Assembly (NCBI GenBank): GCA_964571705.1
Contig: CAZNDJ010000003.1
Coordinates: forward strand, 6,788 to 70,787
Reading direction: 5' to 3'
From: an uncultured Chitinophagaceae bacterium
Lineage (GTDB): Bacteria > Bacteroidota > Bacteroidia > Chitinophagales > LD1
DNA: 64,000 nucleotides
Under the pieces are notes generated by a model that did no database searches, had not been told where the DNA came from, and saw only the letters and a program-made list of their open reading frames with translations. Shown one piece after another: positions 19,439 through 29,302 of the stretch (position 1 is its first letter; each line of letters begins with the position of its first letter). A program made the position numbers and the translations under genes.

Positions 19439-20227
19439 ATGAAGCAGATCGCAGCGTTACTTTCTACGAGCATATTGACCCTCGGCCTTGCGGCACAAAC
19501 ATCAAACTTCACTGCTGAAAAAGGCGGTATAAAGGTGACGGGTGTGGAAAATCCTAAGACCTTCCTGGATGCAAAGCTCACTCTGGACAATACTTTATTT
19601 ACAGGCAAAGAGCTGCTGGACACGGGCAAAACGGAATTCAAGTTTAAAGTAGAAGGCTACACGCTGGGCGCTCAGACGCCAGATGCAGACCAGAAGCTAT
19701 GTGCCAACTCTGCAAAGGGCCAACATATCCACTTTATCCTGGACAATCAGCCATACACGGCCTCATACGCGCCGGACATCAGCGCCAGCCTCAAGCCGGG
19801 ACATCATGTTTTGTTAGCTTTCCTGTCACGCTCATACCATGAAAGTCTTAAAGCTAAAAATGCTTTCATCGTGAAGGAGTTTGACGCGGGCAAGAAGGGG
19901 ATCGATCAGTTTGATGCCAAGGCGCCTCAGATTTTCTACAGCAGGCCTAAGGGAGAGTATGTAGGCAAGAAAGAGACTCAAAAGGTACTGCTTGACTTCT
20001 ATCTGATCAACTGTGAGCTATCAGAAAAAGGCTATAAGGTAAAGGCTACTGTCAATGGCAATGAATTTGTGCTGACTAAGTGGGAGCCTTATTTTATGGA
20101 AGGATTATCACTAGGGGACAATAAGGTCAAACTAGAGCTACTAGATAAAAATAATAAACTGGTACCTTGTGCTTATAACGGCGTCGAGCGTACTTTCAAG
20201 CTCGTAGAAGAGCCTGCAACAAAGTAA
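19439..20227 (+). CDS. Secreted hypothetical protein
   Basis: Taking ATG 19439 gives MKQIAALLSTSILTLGLAAQ, a signal peptide. The track ORF begins at 19388. I recognise no domain. Confidence 0.55.
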   Translation: MKQIAALLSTSILTLGLAAQTSNFTAEKGGIKVTGVENPKTFLDAKLTLDNTLFTGKELLDTGKTEFKFKVEGYTLGAQTPDADQKLCANSAKGQHIHFILDNQPYTASYAPDISASLKPGHHVLLAFLSRSYHESLKAKNAFIVKEFDAGKKGIDQFDAKAPQIFYSRPKGEYVGKKETQKVLLDFYLINCELSEKGYKVKATVNGNEFVLTKWEPYFMEGLSLGDNKVKLELLDKNNKLVPCAYNGVERTFKLVEEPATK

Positions 20228-20621
20228 GAAGTCCAATATTGAGGTGATTTTTGCCCTTTTATACCCATTTAAGGTGATAATCAGGGCTTTTAGTGCATTT
20301 TTTGTTGAAAATAGTCAATTGAAAATTCTTCTGCATGACTGAAAGGGGATAGATTTGCAGGACCTTAAACCCCCAATATGAAGCTAGTATACTTATCCCC
20401 CATAGGTGTACCGATCTCTCCGCTGTATATGTCATCCTGCACAGACAGACAGATCGAGTCCATCATTACTTCCACTTTCTTTTTTATGGTCTTGGCCGAT
20501 CGGCCTTTCGTCCTGATGAGCTATTAGCAGTCGCTGGCATTGTCATGCCCGGCTGCCTGTGTTATTTGTGCTACTGTGCTCCGTGCTGGTACTTTTTCCC
20601 GTATTCCCTTAAATCCCTGAT

Positions 20622-23600
20622 ATGAAAAATTTTCTACTAATCCTTCTGTCTGTGTATACGCTGATCCTGACCGCTCAGGCTCCCCCACAAGGTATCAACT
20701 ACCAGACAATAGTACGTAATGCCTCCGGAAACATAGTGTCTAATACTCATGTAGCCATCCGGTTTACAATACATGATCAGACTGCCAGCGGCACTGTGGT
20801 CTTTCAGGAGACACATGCTATGACTACTAATCAGTTTGGGCTTTTTAATGCCGTGATAGGCACAGGTGGTGGTAACTTGGCTAGCGTAGCTTGGGGGAGC
20901 GGCCCTAAATTCCTGCAGGTGGAACTGGATGTCAGCGGAGGGACCAACTATATCAATATGGGCACCCAGCAAATGATGAGTGTTCCATATGCTCTCTTTG
21001 CCGGTAATGCAGGTGGTGGTACGACAGGGCCTACTGGCGCAACTGGCAGGACAGGAGCCACAGGACCAGCAGGAGTACCCGGTACCTCAGGTGCGACAGG
21101 GGCCACTGGTCCTAGTGGAGCTGGCGTGACAGGACCTACGGGCCCTGCTGGCGCGACAGGAGTCAGTGTATCATCTATCGTAAATAATGGTAACGGGACG
21201 GTTACAATAACATATTCTAACGGTACGACTTCTACTATATCTTCTGCTGGCACTACCGGGGCGACCGGTCCCGCAGGTAATAATGGGGTGGCTGGTGCTA
21301 CGGGTGCCACCGGTGTCAGTGTTTCATCTATTGTGAATAATGGTAATGGTACACTTACCATCACCTATTCTGATGGTACCACGAGTACGATCTCCTCAGG
21401 AGGTACGACCGGTGCTACTGGTCCGACCGGTGCAGGTGTGACCGGCGCTACAGGTATAGGCGTATCCTCTATCGTAAACAATGGAAATGGTACGATCACT
21501 ATTACCTACTCTGATGGTACCACGAGTGCGATCTCCTCAGGAGGTACGACCGGTGCTACTGGTCCTACCGGTGCAGGTGTGACCGGCGCTACAGGTATAG
21601 GCGTATCCTCTATCGTAAACAATGGAAATGGTACGATCACTATTACCTACTCCGATGGCACTACGAGTACGATATCTTCGGCGGGCACGACGGGCGCTAC
21701 TGGTGCTACCGGGGCTGGTACAACCGGCGCTACCGGTGCTACGGGAGTGACTGGCGTCGGTGTCTCATCTATCGTGAATAACGGTAATGGTACGATCACG
21801 ATCACGTATTCTGATGGTACTACTAGTACAATATCTTCTACCGGTACGACTGGCGCAACAGGTCCCACCGGGGCTGGTGGAGGTGCAACAGGGGCAACAG
21901 GCCCTACAGGTGGTACTGGTATTACAGGTCCTACCGGGGCTACTGGAGCCAATGGTGTAAGTGGTACAACTGGTCCGACCGGAGTCGGTATTTCATCTAT
22001 CGTCAATAATGGTAATGGTACTTTGACCATAAACTATTCGGATGGTACCACGGCGACCATCACCGGAGGTGGTACTGGCCCCACTGGCCCTACAGGTACA
22101 GGAGGAGGCGCGACTGGCCCTACGGGTCCTACTGGTGCCACAGGAAGTGGCGGTGGCGCTACAGGCGCTACCGGCCCCTCTGGTCTGGATGGTGCTACCG
22201 GTCCGACAGGAGCTGTGGGTCCTGCTGGTAGTAGCGGAGTAGCTGGCCCAACCGGGTTAACAGGTGCCACTGGTGTAGGCGTTTCTTCTATCGTCAATAA
22301 TGGTAACGGTACTATCACGATCACCTATTCTGATGGTACTACGAGCACGATATCTTCTGGGGGTACTACTGGTGCCACAGGTCCTACAGGTGCAGGTGCA
22401 GCCGGTGCCACTGGTGCGACCGGCGTTGGTGTTTCATCTATCGTGAATAATGGTAACGGTACTATCACGATCACCTACTCTGACGGTACTACAAGCACGA
22501 TATCCTCTACAGGAACGACTGGTGCCACCGGTCCTACCGGTGCAGGTGGTGGTGCGACTGGCCCGACCGGTCCTACTGGCGCTACTGGAACCGGTGGAGG
22601 TGCTACAGGTCCCACAGGTCCCTCTGGTCTGGACGGAGCTACAGGTCCGGCTGGTACGGCCGGAAGCAGTGGAGCTACAGGACTCACTGGCGCAACAGGT
22701 GCCAACGGCGCAACAGGTCCTACCGGTGCAACCGGAGTGGGTGGAGGTGCTACGGGCCCTACCGGTCCGTCTGGAGTGGATGGAGCTGCAGGCCCAACTG
22801 GCGCTGCAGGAGCAAATGGTGTAACAGGTCCGACAGGCGCAGCAGGCAGCAATGGAGCCCCTGGTTCAACTGGTGCTACCGGAGCTACCGGAACTGACGG
22901 TGTAACCGGCCCAACAGGTGTAGCAGGTATTAATGGCTCGACAGGTCTGACTGGCCCTTCTGGTACTGATGGGGTCACAGGTCCGACTGGTGCCACAGGA
23001 AGCAATGGAGCAATGGGCGCGACAGGTCTGACCGGTCCCACCGGTGTTGGCGGAGGTGCTACTGGACCAACTGGCCCATCGGGAATCGATGGTGCTACTG
23101 GTCCTGCTGGTGTAGCAGGATCTACTGGCGCAGCGGGCACAACAGGTCCTGCTGGAGCAACAGGTACTACAGGGCCTACCGGTGCGACGGGCGCTGGTGG
23201 AGGAGCTACTGGCCCTACGGGCCCCTCTGGTATAGATGGAGTGACAGGACCCGCAGGTGTAGCAGGGCCGACTGGTGCGGCTGGAAATAATGGAGCTACA
23301 GGTGCAACTGGAACTGCAGGCTCTATCGGTGCGACCGGTATCACAGGTCCGACAGGTGCAGCTGGTACGAATGGCTCCGCAGGTGTGACAGGTCCTACTG
23401 GTCTATCTGGCATAGACGGAGTGACGGGACCTGCAGGTGTTGCGGGCCCGACTGGTGCGGCTGGTTCTAACGGTGCGACAGGCATCACAGGCCCCACTGG
23501 TGCGACCGGTGCTGGTGGAGGAGCTACTGGTCCCACTGGCCCATCTGGCATAGATGGAGCGACAGGCCCCGCTGGTATTGCGGGCCCGACTGGTGCAGCA

Positions 23601-26600
23601 GGAAGTAATGGAGCGACTGGTGCAACTGGTGCTGCTGGCTCTAATGGCGCGACTGGTATCACAGGTCCTACGGGTGCGGCTGGTACTAATGGTACAGCAG
23701 GTGCCACCGGCATCACTGGTCCGACCGGTGCAGCTGGTACGAATGGCTCCGCGGGTGTGACTGGTCCTACTGGACCATCGGGAAGTGATGGCGTGACAGG
23801 ACCTGCAGGTGTAGCAGGTCCAACTGGTGCAGCCGGAAGCAATGGAGCTACTGGTGCAAACGGTGTAACAGGTCCTACTGGTGCGACCGGTGCTGGTGGA
23901 GGTGCTACCGGCCCCACCGGCCCATCTGGTATAGATGGAGTGACAGGCCCCGCTGGTATTGCGGGCCCGACTGGTGCAGCAGGAAGTAATGGAGCGACTG
24001 GTGCACCAGGTTCTAATGGCGCGACTGGTATTACAGGGCCTACTGGAGCTCCTGGGGCTAATGGTGTAGCAGGTGCCACTGGTATCACCGGTCCTACGGG
24101 CGCCGCTGGTACCAATGGCTCCGCAGGTGTGACTGGTCCTACTGGTCCATCTGGCATAGACGGAGTGGCGGGACCTGCAGGTGTAGCAGGTCCAACAGGT
24201 GCAGCCGGAAGCAATGGAGCTACTGGTGCAAACGGTGTAACAGGTCCTACTGGTGCGACCGGTGCTGGTGGAGGTGCTACCGGCCCCACCGGCCCATCTG
24301 GTATAGATGGAGTGACAGGCCCCGCTGGTATTGCGGGCCCGACTGGTGCGGCAGGAAGTAATGGCATGACTGGTGCAGCTGGTTCTAATGGCGCGACTGG
24401 TATTACAGGGCCTACTGGAGCTCCTGGTGCTAATGGTGTAGCAGGTGCCACTGGTATTACCGGTCCGACAGGTGCAGCTGGTACGAATGGCTCCGCAGGT
24501 GTGACAGGTCCTACTGGTCCATCTGGCATAGACGGCGTGACGGGACCCGCAGGTGTAGCAGGTCCAACTGGCGCTGCAGGAAGTAATGGAGCTACTGGTG
24601 CAGCAGGTTCTAACGGTGCGACAGGTATTACAGGTCCTACGGGTGCCGCTGGCGCTAATGGTACAGCAGGTGCCACTGGTATTACAGGTCCTACGGGTGC
24701 TGCTGGTACAAACGGTGCTACCGGTATTGCGGGCTTGACTGGCCCTACTGGTCCTACCGGACCACTAGGTACAGCAGGCGGTGACCTGACAGGTACGTAT
24801 CCTAATCCTACAGTAGTAGGACTGCAGACGACGCCGATCAGTAATACTGCACCGATCACGGGACAAATATTACTTTACAACGGTACGGCATGGACACCGT
24901 CATCCAGTGATGGTTTATTCTGGAAAATCACAGGAAATGCTGGTACCAGTCCCGCCACGAACTTTATGGGCACTACAGATGACAATGATGTGATATTCAA
25001 ACGCAACAATGTGCGAGCTGGCTTGCTCAATAGTGCTAGTGCCAATACCTCATGGGGGGTCAATGCGTCCAATGCAACAAGTACAGGCACCTCTAATACT
25101 GCCATAGGCTATAATTCAATAAACGCCAGTACGTCAGGTAGTGCAAATACAGCCGTGGGCAATAACAGTATGTATGCGAACACTACTGGCTATCAGAACG
25201 TGGCAATGGGAGACTATGCTATGACGCAGAACACTACAGGTGGTCTCAATACAGCGCTCGGTGCGGGAGCGATGGATCAGCTTATCTCCGGTAATTCCAA
25301 TACTGGTATTGGCTTCTGGGCACTGCGGACCAATAGCACGGGTGGATACAATGTCGGTGTAGGCTTCAGGGCAGGTTATGGATACAAGGGCAATAGTAAT
25401 ATTGCCATTGGAGTGGAAGCTGCTTATGGTACTAGTAACGTTTCTAATCAGATCGCCATAGGTGATAGTGCGCTGCGCACTAATTCTACAGGCACGGGAA
25501 ATCTGGCGATAGGTAGTAAGGCTTTGTATGCTAATACTACTGCCTCCAATAACGTCGGCATTGGTACGCAGTCACTCAACGCCGCTACCACTTCCAGTTG
25601 GAACACGGCAGTAGGCTACCAAGCGCTCAAAGCCGCTACCACAGGTGCTGGGGCAAATGTGGCTGTAGGTAATACTGCTCTGACGACTAATACTACGGGA
25701 TACTGGAATAATGCCATTGGAGCCAGCGCGCTACAACTCAATACCACAGGTGCAGGAAACGATGCGCTAGGTACAAATGCAATGTATAATATCACAACAG
25801 GTAATAATAATATAGCTATCGGCTCCAATGCTCTGTCAAACGCCACCACACCTGATGGTAACGTAGCTGTTGGACTTAATTCTATGCAGAATGCTACTAC
25901 GGGCTCGTTTAATAGTGCTATTGGTACGGAGTCGATGCAGTTTGGGACCACAGCTATTTACAATGTTGCTTTGGGCTGGCGTGCGCTGCGTGCCAATCTG
26001 GCGGGTATGCAAAATACGGCAATAGGTGTAGGTGCAAAGGAATATGGAAGTACAGGCGATTATAATGTTGCTGTTGGCCGTTTCGCGGCTCCTTATCTGG
26101 TAGGTAATGGTAATACAGTGATTGGCGCTTATTCGGCATTTTATGATTCATCTAATTATGTTGTGATAGCTGGGTTCAATGCTGGTCAGAATAATAAGGC
26201 TGACCTCAATATTTTTATCGGTGATGCAGCCGGATATGGCAACTCAGGTAGTATCACGGGTACGCCTAATATAGGTATAGGCCCTTATGCTCTATACAAT
26301 ATTTCTTCCGGCCCATCAAACGTAGCAATCGGTTACAATTCCCTGAGTGGCAATCAAACCGGCCGGGCTAACGTAGCGATAGGAAACTATTCATTAGGTG
26401 GTTATTTCACTCAAGGTACCTTTAGTTATAATACAGCCATAGGTGATGGTGCTGGTGGATTGACCACATCAGGCACCAGCAACGTCTATGTAGGAAAGGA
26501 TGCAGATTATCATGCGGTCAGTGGCAGTTCCAATGTCTTTGTGGGTGATAGTTCGGGATTTAATAATGTAGCAGGTCAACATAACGTGGCAATAGGTACC

Positions 26601-28289
26601 AGGTCACTGATGACGGCTGTTACCATTTCAGATCTGACTGCTATTGGTGATTCGGCGCTGGCGAATAATACCGGTACCTGGAATACCGCACTTGGTGCAC
26701 GAGCGCTGGCATATAACACTTTGGGATATAGTAATACGGGATTAGGCTTTCTTAGCCTTTATAAAAACACAACAGGATATCGTAATACCTCAATCGGTAC
26801 CAATTCTATGAGTTTTAATACTACCGGTTCCCAAAACACAGGATCAGGATATTACTCTCTTTATAATAATATTACGGGAAATTCTAATGCCGCATATGGG
26901 GCCTATAGCTCTTATTCCAATACTTCTGGGTCGGCTAACAATGCCTTTGGTGTAAATGCGCTGTTTTCCAATTCGGTCGGTACAAACTCCAACGCTTTTG
27001 GATATAATGCGCTCTACAATAATACCGCAAGCTATAATGGCGCATTTGGTGACCAGGCCCTATATAGTAATACCACCGGAGCCGCTAATATGGTTTTTGG
27101 TAATAGTGCTATGTATTCTAATACGACGGGCGGTGGAAACACAGCTATGGGAGAATGGTCTGGTAGTAGCAATATCACAGGTAATTACAATACATTCCTG
27201 GGGAGATATGCCAATGTCGCTTCGGGTGGTTTGACCTATGCTACTGCCGTAGGTGCCTATGCCACGGTAGCGTCCTCTAATAGCCTGGTGCTCGGATCCA
27301 TCTCACCAGCAATCAATGTGGGTATAGGCACTACCACGCCTCAATATACTCTAGATATCAAAGCACCTGGAAACGTACTAGGTCTGCGGCTCTTGAGCGG
27401 TACAGCGGGTCAGCTCAGCTACCTCTCTGTGGGACAAGCCTCAGAATACGCGCAGATAGGTGCGGCTACTGCAGGTACCTTCTTTACAAACTCTGCTACA
27501 GGTGATATGGCGATCAAAAACTTTAATCAAGGGAATATTCTATTAGGTGCATCATATTGGGCTCCATCTGCTATGATCATCACTACCACTGGTGATGTAG
27601 GTGTAGGCAATAATGCACCCGTTTGCCGCCTTGATGTGATGGATACTAGTACAAGCTATATTAGTCGTATTACCAATAATTCGACAACCGGCGGTACTGG
27701 TCTGTACGCCAGGGTACTGAATGGTACAGGCTCGGGCTATCGTATAGCTGCGGAGGGGGATGCGATGTATGGTCAATACAATTACGGCTATTATGGTTAT
27801 GCCTATGGCGGAACTACAACCTATGGTATATATGGATATGCAGCTGGCGGTACTACAAACTATGCTGGTTATTTCAATGGGGCAGGATATTCTACAGTTA
27901 GCTTCACGTCTTCAGATGAGAAGCTAAAAGAGAATATTGAGGATATTCAAGATCCAATCACTATGCTCAAAGCGTTGCATCCTAAAGTGTATGACTTTAA
28001 AATCAAAGAGTACTCATACATGAACCTGCCTGAGGGACGACAATATGGATTCCTGGCAGGTGATGTGGAGAAGGTAATGCCAACCGCAGTGAAACGGACT
28101 ATACAGCCTGCGATGGAAGATCCTCGTACTCATGAAAAAAATCCGGAAGTGGATTTTAAAGCATTGAACTATAATGCAATCACTCCGGTGCTCACAGGTG
28201 CTATACAAGAGCAACAAAAGATGATAGAAGAACTGAAAAAGGAGAATGAAGAACTAAAGAGACGTTTGGATGCACTAGAAAGAAGATGA
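20622..28289 (+). CDS. Giant secreted collagen-like / tail-fibre-like mosaic protein (2,555 aa) with a C-terminal S74-type intramolecular chaperone domain
   Basis: The domain order is as follows. Signal peptide [21 protein letters not shown]-terminal domain, aa 20-130. Gly-X-Y triplets with eight inserted modules, nt 21027-22508. Continuous Gly-X-Y, nt 22509-24780. [14 protein letters not shown] junction. NTA(I/V)G-type repeats, nt about 25080-27240. [13 protein letters not shown] neck and Tyr/Gly-rich segment. C-terminal [13 protein letters not shown]...[11 protein letters not shown]...[17 protein letters not shown], nt 27909-28286. Confidence 0.9.
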   Translation: MKNFLLILLSVYTLILTAQAPPQGINYQTIVRNASGNIVSNTHVAIRFTIHDQTASGTVVFQETHAMTTNQFGLFNAVIGTGGGNLASVAWGSGPKFLQVELDVSGGTNYINMGTQQMMSVPYALFAGNAGGGTTGPTGATGRTGATGPAGVPGTSGATGATGPSGAGVTGPTGPAGATGVSVSSIVNNGNGTVTITYSNGTTSTISSAGTTGATGPAGNNGVAGATGATGVSVSSIVNNGNGTLTITYSDGTTSTISSGGTTGATGPTGAGVTGATGIGVSSIVNNGNGTITITYSDGTTSAISSGGTTGATGPTGAGVTGATGIGVSSIVNNGNGTITITYSDGTTSTISSAGTTGATGATGAGTTGATGATGVTGVGVSSIVNNGNGTITITYSDGTTSTISSTGTTGATGPTGAGGGATGATGPTGGTGITGPTGATGANGVSGTTGPTGVGISSIVNNGNGTLTINYSDGTTATITGGGTGPTGPTGTGGGATGPTGPTGATGSGGGATGATGPSGLDGATGPTGAVGPAGSSGVAGPTGLTGATGVGVSSIVNNGNGTITITYSDGTTSTISSGGTTGATGPTGAGAAGATGATGVGVSSIVNNGNGTITITYSDGTTSTISSTGTTGATGPTGAGGGATGPTGPTGATGTGGGATGPTGPSGLDGATGPAGTAGSSGATGLTGATGANGATGPTGATGVGGGATGPTGPSGVDGAAGPTGAAGANGVTGPTGAAGSNGAPGSTGATGATGTDGVTGPTGVAGINGSTGLTGPSGTDGVTGPTGATGSNGAMGATGLTGPTGVGGGATGPTGPSGIDGATGPAGVAGSTGAAGTTGPAGATGTTGPTGATGAGGGATGPTGPSGIDGVTGPAGVAGPTGAAGNNGATGATGTAGSIGATGITGPTGAAGTNGSAGVTGPTGLSGIDGVTGPAGVAGPTGAAGSNGATGITGPTGATGAGGGATGPTGPSGIDGATGPAGIAGPTGAAGSNGATGATGAAGSNGATGITGPTGAAGTNGTAGATGITGPTGAAGTNGSAGVTGPTGPSGSDGVTGPAGVAGPTGAAGSNGATGANGVTGPTGATGAGGGATGPTGPSGIDGVTGPAGIAGPTGAAGSNGATGAPGSNGATGITGPTGAPGANGVAGATGITGPTGAAGTNGSAGVTGPTGPSGIDGVAGPAGVAGPTGAAGSNGATGANGVTGPTGATGAGGGATGPTGPSGIDGVTGPAGIAGPTGAAGSNGMTGAAGSNGATGITGPTGAPGANGVAGATGITGPTGAAGTNGSAGVTGPTGPSGIDGVTGPAGVAGPTGAAGSNGATGAAGSNGATGITGPTGAAGANGTAGATGITGPTGAAGTNGATGIAGLTGPTGPTGPLGTAGGDLTGTYPNPTVVGLQTTPISNTAPITGQILLYNGTAWTPSSSDGLFWKITGNAGTSPATNFMGTTDDNDVIFKRNNVRAGLLNSASANTSWGVNASNATSTGTSNTAIGYNSINASTSGSANTAVGNNSMYANTTGYQNVAMGDYAMTQNTTGGLNTALGAGAMDQLISGNSNTGIGFWALRTNSTGGYNVGVGFRAGYGYKGNSNIAIGVEAAYGTSNVSNQIAIGDSALRTNSTGTGNLAIGSKALYANTTASNNVGIGTQSLNAATTSSWNTAVGYQALKAATTGAGANVAVGNTALTTNTTGYWNNAIGASALQLNTTGAGNDALGTNAMYNITTGNNNIAIGSNALSNATTPDGNVAVGLNSMQNATTGSFNSAIGTESMQFGTTAIYNVALGWRALRANLAGMQNTAIGVGAKEYGSTGDYNVAVGRFAAPYLVGNGNTVIGAYSAFYDSSNYVVIAGFNAGQNNKADLNIFIGDAAGYGNSGSITGTPNIGIGPYALYNISSGPSNVAIGYNSLSGNQTGRANVAIGNYSLGGYFTQGTFSYNTAIGDGAGGLTTSGTSNVYVGKDADYHAVSGSSNVFVGDSSGFNNVAGQHNVAIGTRSLMTAVTISDLTAIGDSALANNTGTWNTALGARALAYNTLGYSNTGLGFLSLYKNTTGYRNTSIGTNSMSFNTTGSQNTGSGYYSLYNNITGNSNAAYGAYSSYSNTSGSANNAFGVNALFSNSVGTNSNAFGYNALYNNTASYNGAFGDQALYSNTTGAANMVFGNSAMYSNTTGGGNTAMGEWSGSSNITGNYNTFLGRYANVASGGLTYATAVGAYATVASSNSLVLGSISPAINVGIGTTTPQYTLDIKAPGNVLGLRLLSGTAGQLSYLSVGQASEYAQIGAATAGTFFTNSATGDMAIKNFNQGNILLGASYWAPSAMIITTTGDVGVGNNAPVCRLDVMDTSTSYISRITNNSTTGGTGLYARVLNGTGSGYRIAAEGDAMYGQYNYGYYGYAYGGTTTYGIYGYAAGGTTNYAGYFNGAGYSTVSFTSSDEKLKENIEDIQDPITMLKALHPKVYDFKIKEYSYMNLPEGRQYGFLAGDVEKVMPTAVKRTIQPAMEDPRTHEKNPEVDFKALNYNAITPVLTGAIQEQQKMIEELKKENEELKRRLDALERR
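21162..22508 (+). repeat. Eight in-frame copies of a 29-aa module (G[VI][23 protein letters not shown]) alternating with short Gly-X-Y runs
   Basis: SSIVNNGNG starts at aa 184, 234, 282, 329, 382, 458, 555 and 605 of the ORF. The adjacent 141-bp units 21390-21530 and 21531-21671 differ at only about 5 positions. Confidence 0.9.
22509..24780 (+). repeat. Collagen-like Gly-X-Y array with 318-381 bp higher-order super-repeats
   Basis: The string gctggtggagg recurs at 23193, 23511, 23892 and 24264, encoding [17 protein letters not shown] each time. Units 23892-24263 and 24264-24635 are identical for the first ~85 nt and similar throughout. Confidence 0.9.
25080..27240 (+). repeat. Degenerate roughly 14-aa NTA(I/V)G / SN.A.G repeats (YadA/Hep_Hag head-like)
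   Basis: Dozens of motifs such as [40 protein letters not shown] and NVAIGTRS recur at roughly regular spacing in the protein. They are diverged at the DNA level. Confidence 0.6.
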
Positions 28290-28303
28290 TATCGAATGGT
28301 ATG

Positions 28304-28341
28304 AAAGCAAAAGGCGCTTTTTTTGAAGCGCCCTTTGCTTT
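28304..28341. terminator. Bidirectional terminator hairpin between convergent genes
   Basis: AAAGCAAAAGGCGCTT (28304-28319) pairs with AAGCGCCCTTTGCTTT (28326-28341), with one mismatch and a TTTTTG loop. A/T runs flank both sides. Confidence 0.65.
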
Positions 28342-28751
28342 TAAAGCTGATTAAGATTTAGCATCCATTGGATACCGTATCGGTCATTGAGATCTCCAAA
28401 CAATGCGCCCCAAAATGTTTTTTCTACCGGATGCTTTGTCTCGCCTCCTTGAGAGAGCTTTGCAAATAATGTTCTTATCTCCTCTTCGCTTGAGCAGTCT
28501 ATCAGCAGGGATAGATTGTTTCCTGTATAGACCCCACCCTTTGGGGTCATGTCTGAGCCCATGATGATTACTTTGTCACTGGTGAGTGAGGAGTGCATGA
28601 TCATGCTCCGCATTTCCTGGGGCAGCTGGTCTGCCATCGGAGACTCTCCTACGGTCTGAAAGAATATTTCTCCGCCAAAGCAGGATTGATAAAAAGTCAT
28701 TGCTTCACGGCAATTGCCGGCAAATGTCAGGTATGGATTGATCTGTGCCAT
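28341..28751 (-). CDS. VOC (glyoxalase/bleomycin-resistance fold) family protein, PhnB/YjdN-like
   Basis: 136 aa. The N-terminus MAQINPYLTFAGNCREAMTFYQSCFGGE is typical of this family, and the protein continues with a WGALFGDLNDRYGIQW motif near its C-terminus. Confidence 0.75.
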   Translation of the reverse strand: MAQINPYLTFAGNCREAMTFYQSCFGGEIFFQTVGESPMADQLPQEMRSMIMHSSLTSDKVIIMGSDMTPKGGVYTGNNLSLLIDCSSEEEIRTLFAKLSQGGETKHPVEKTFWGALFGDLNDRYGIQWMLNLNQL

Positions 28752-28753
28752 AA

Positions 28754-29170
28754 TTATATTGTTTCTGCGTATTTTTTGAAATTATCCAGGATACTCTGCC
28801 ATCCCATCCGTTGCATTTCGATAGGATGAGTGTTTTCAGTCTCAAAAGTTTCTACTACTCTGACCTGATCGTCCTGCTGACTAAAAATGACCTCTACTTT
28901 TCTGCCATCTCCTATGGTATAGGCTATTTTCTCAAGAGGCTTCACATCATCATAAATGCCACCAAAGTCAAATCCCATACTGCCATCCCGTGCCTCCATA
29001 CGATATGTAAAAGCTCCACCTGTGCGCAGATCATTGTTAGCGTGAGGTGTATGCCATTCTTCAGATGCGTTATTCCACTTTACTATATGTTTGGGGTCTG
29101 TCCAGTATTCCCATACTTTTTGGACTGGAGCGTGGATCATGGTTTCAATCGTGATGGTTTGTGTGCTCAT
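28754..29170 (-). CDS. SRPBCC (AHSA1/START-like) domain protein
   Basis: 138 aa. The sequence TITIETMIHAPVQKVWEYWTDPKHIVKWN...GGAFTYRMEARDGSMGFDFGGIY is the AHSA1-type pattern. Confidence 0.8.
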   Translation of the reverse strand: MSTQTITIETMIHAPVQKVWEYWTDPKHIVKWNNASEEWHTPHANNDLRTGGAFTYRMEARDGSMGFDFGGIYDDVKPLEKIAYTIGDGRKVEVIFSQQDDQVRVVETFETENTHPIEMQRMGWQSILDNFKKYAETI

Positions 29171-29302
29171 CGTTTTGGGTTTTAGTGATTAAGTAATTGG
29201 TAATAGCAATGCAAAGATGCTGCCGATTCGTTAATCAAGTAATGTGTGCAAACGACAATCGAAGGGGCTGTTTGCGACAGCTCTATTTCATATCTTTAAA
29301 CC

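Noticed and set aside
20378-20527. A 49-codon ORF (MKLVYLSPIGVPISPLYMSSCTDRQIESIITSTFFFMVLADRPFVLMSY) in the leader upstream of the giant gene.
   Set aside because: It has no recognisable motif or signal sequence, and it is too short to judge coding potential by eye. It is kept only as a note under the leader observation.
20506-20535. A CUGAUGAG string in the leader of the giant gene, which resembles the hammerhead ribozyme core.
   Set aside because: The following sequence offers only a 3-bp stem II (GCT/AGC). No GAAA element and no suitable stem III or cleavage triplet are present, so the match looks like chance.
22475-24859. A 794-aa Pro/Val/Ala-rich ORF on the minus strand, plus smaller ones at 20948-21364, 21647-22030 and 22034-22324, all antisense to the giant gene.
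   Set aside because: These are mirror images of the GGN-NCN-NNN collagen codons, which read as ACC, AGC or NCC codons on the opposite strand and so lack stops. The sense ORF is continuous for 7.7 kb, with a signal peptide and recognisable domains at both ends. The antisense ORFs have no independent features.
20622-28289. The hypothesis that the giant S74-containing gene is a prophage tail fibre.
   Set aside because: No capsid, terminase, baseplate, integrase or lysis genes occur within at least 20 kb on either side. The neighbours are ordinary chromosomal genes, and the protein has a Sec signal peptide.
29171-29302. An inverted GCAAAC ... GTTTGC pair in the divergent promoter region between the SRPBCC gene and the GlxA-family regulator, which could be an operator.
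   Set aside because: The half-sites are only 6 bp with an irregular spacer. I cannot distinguish this from chance without comparative data.
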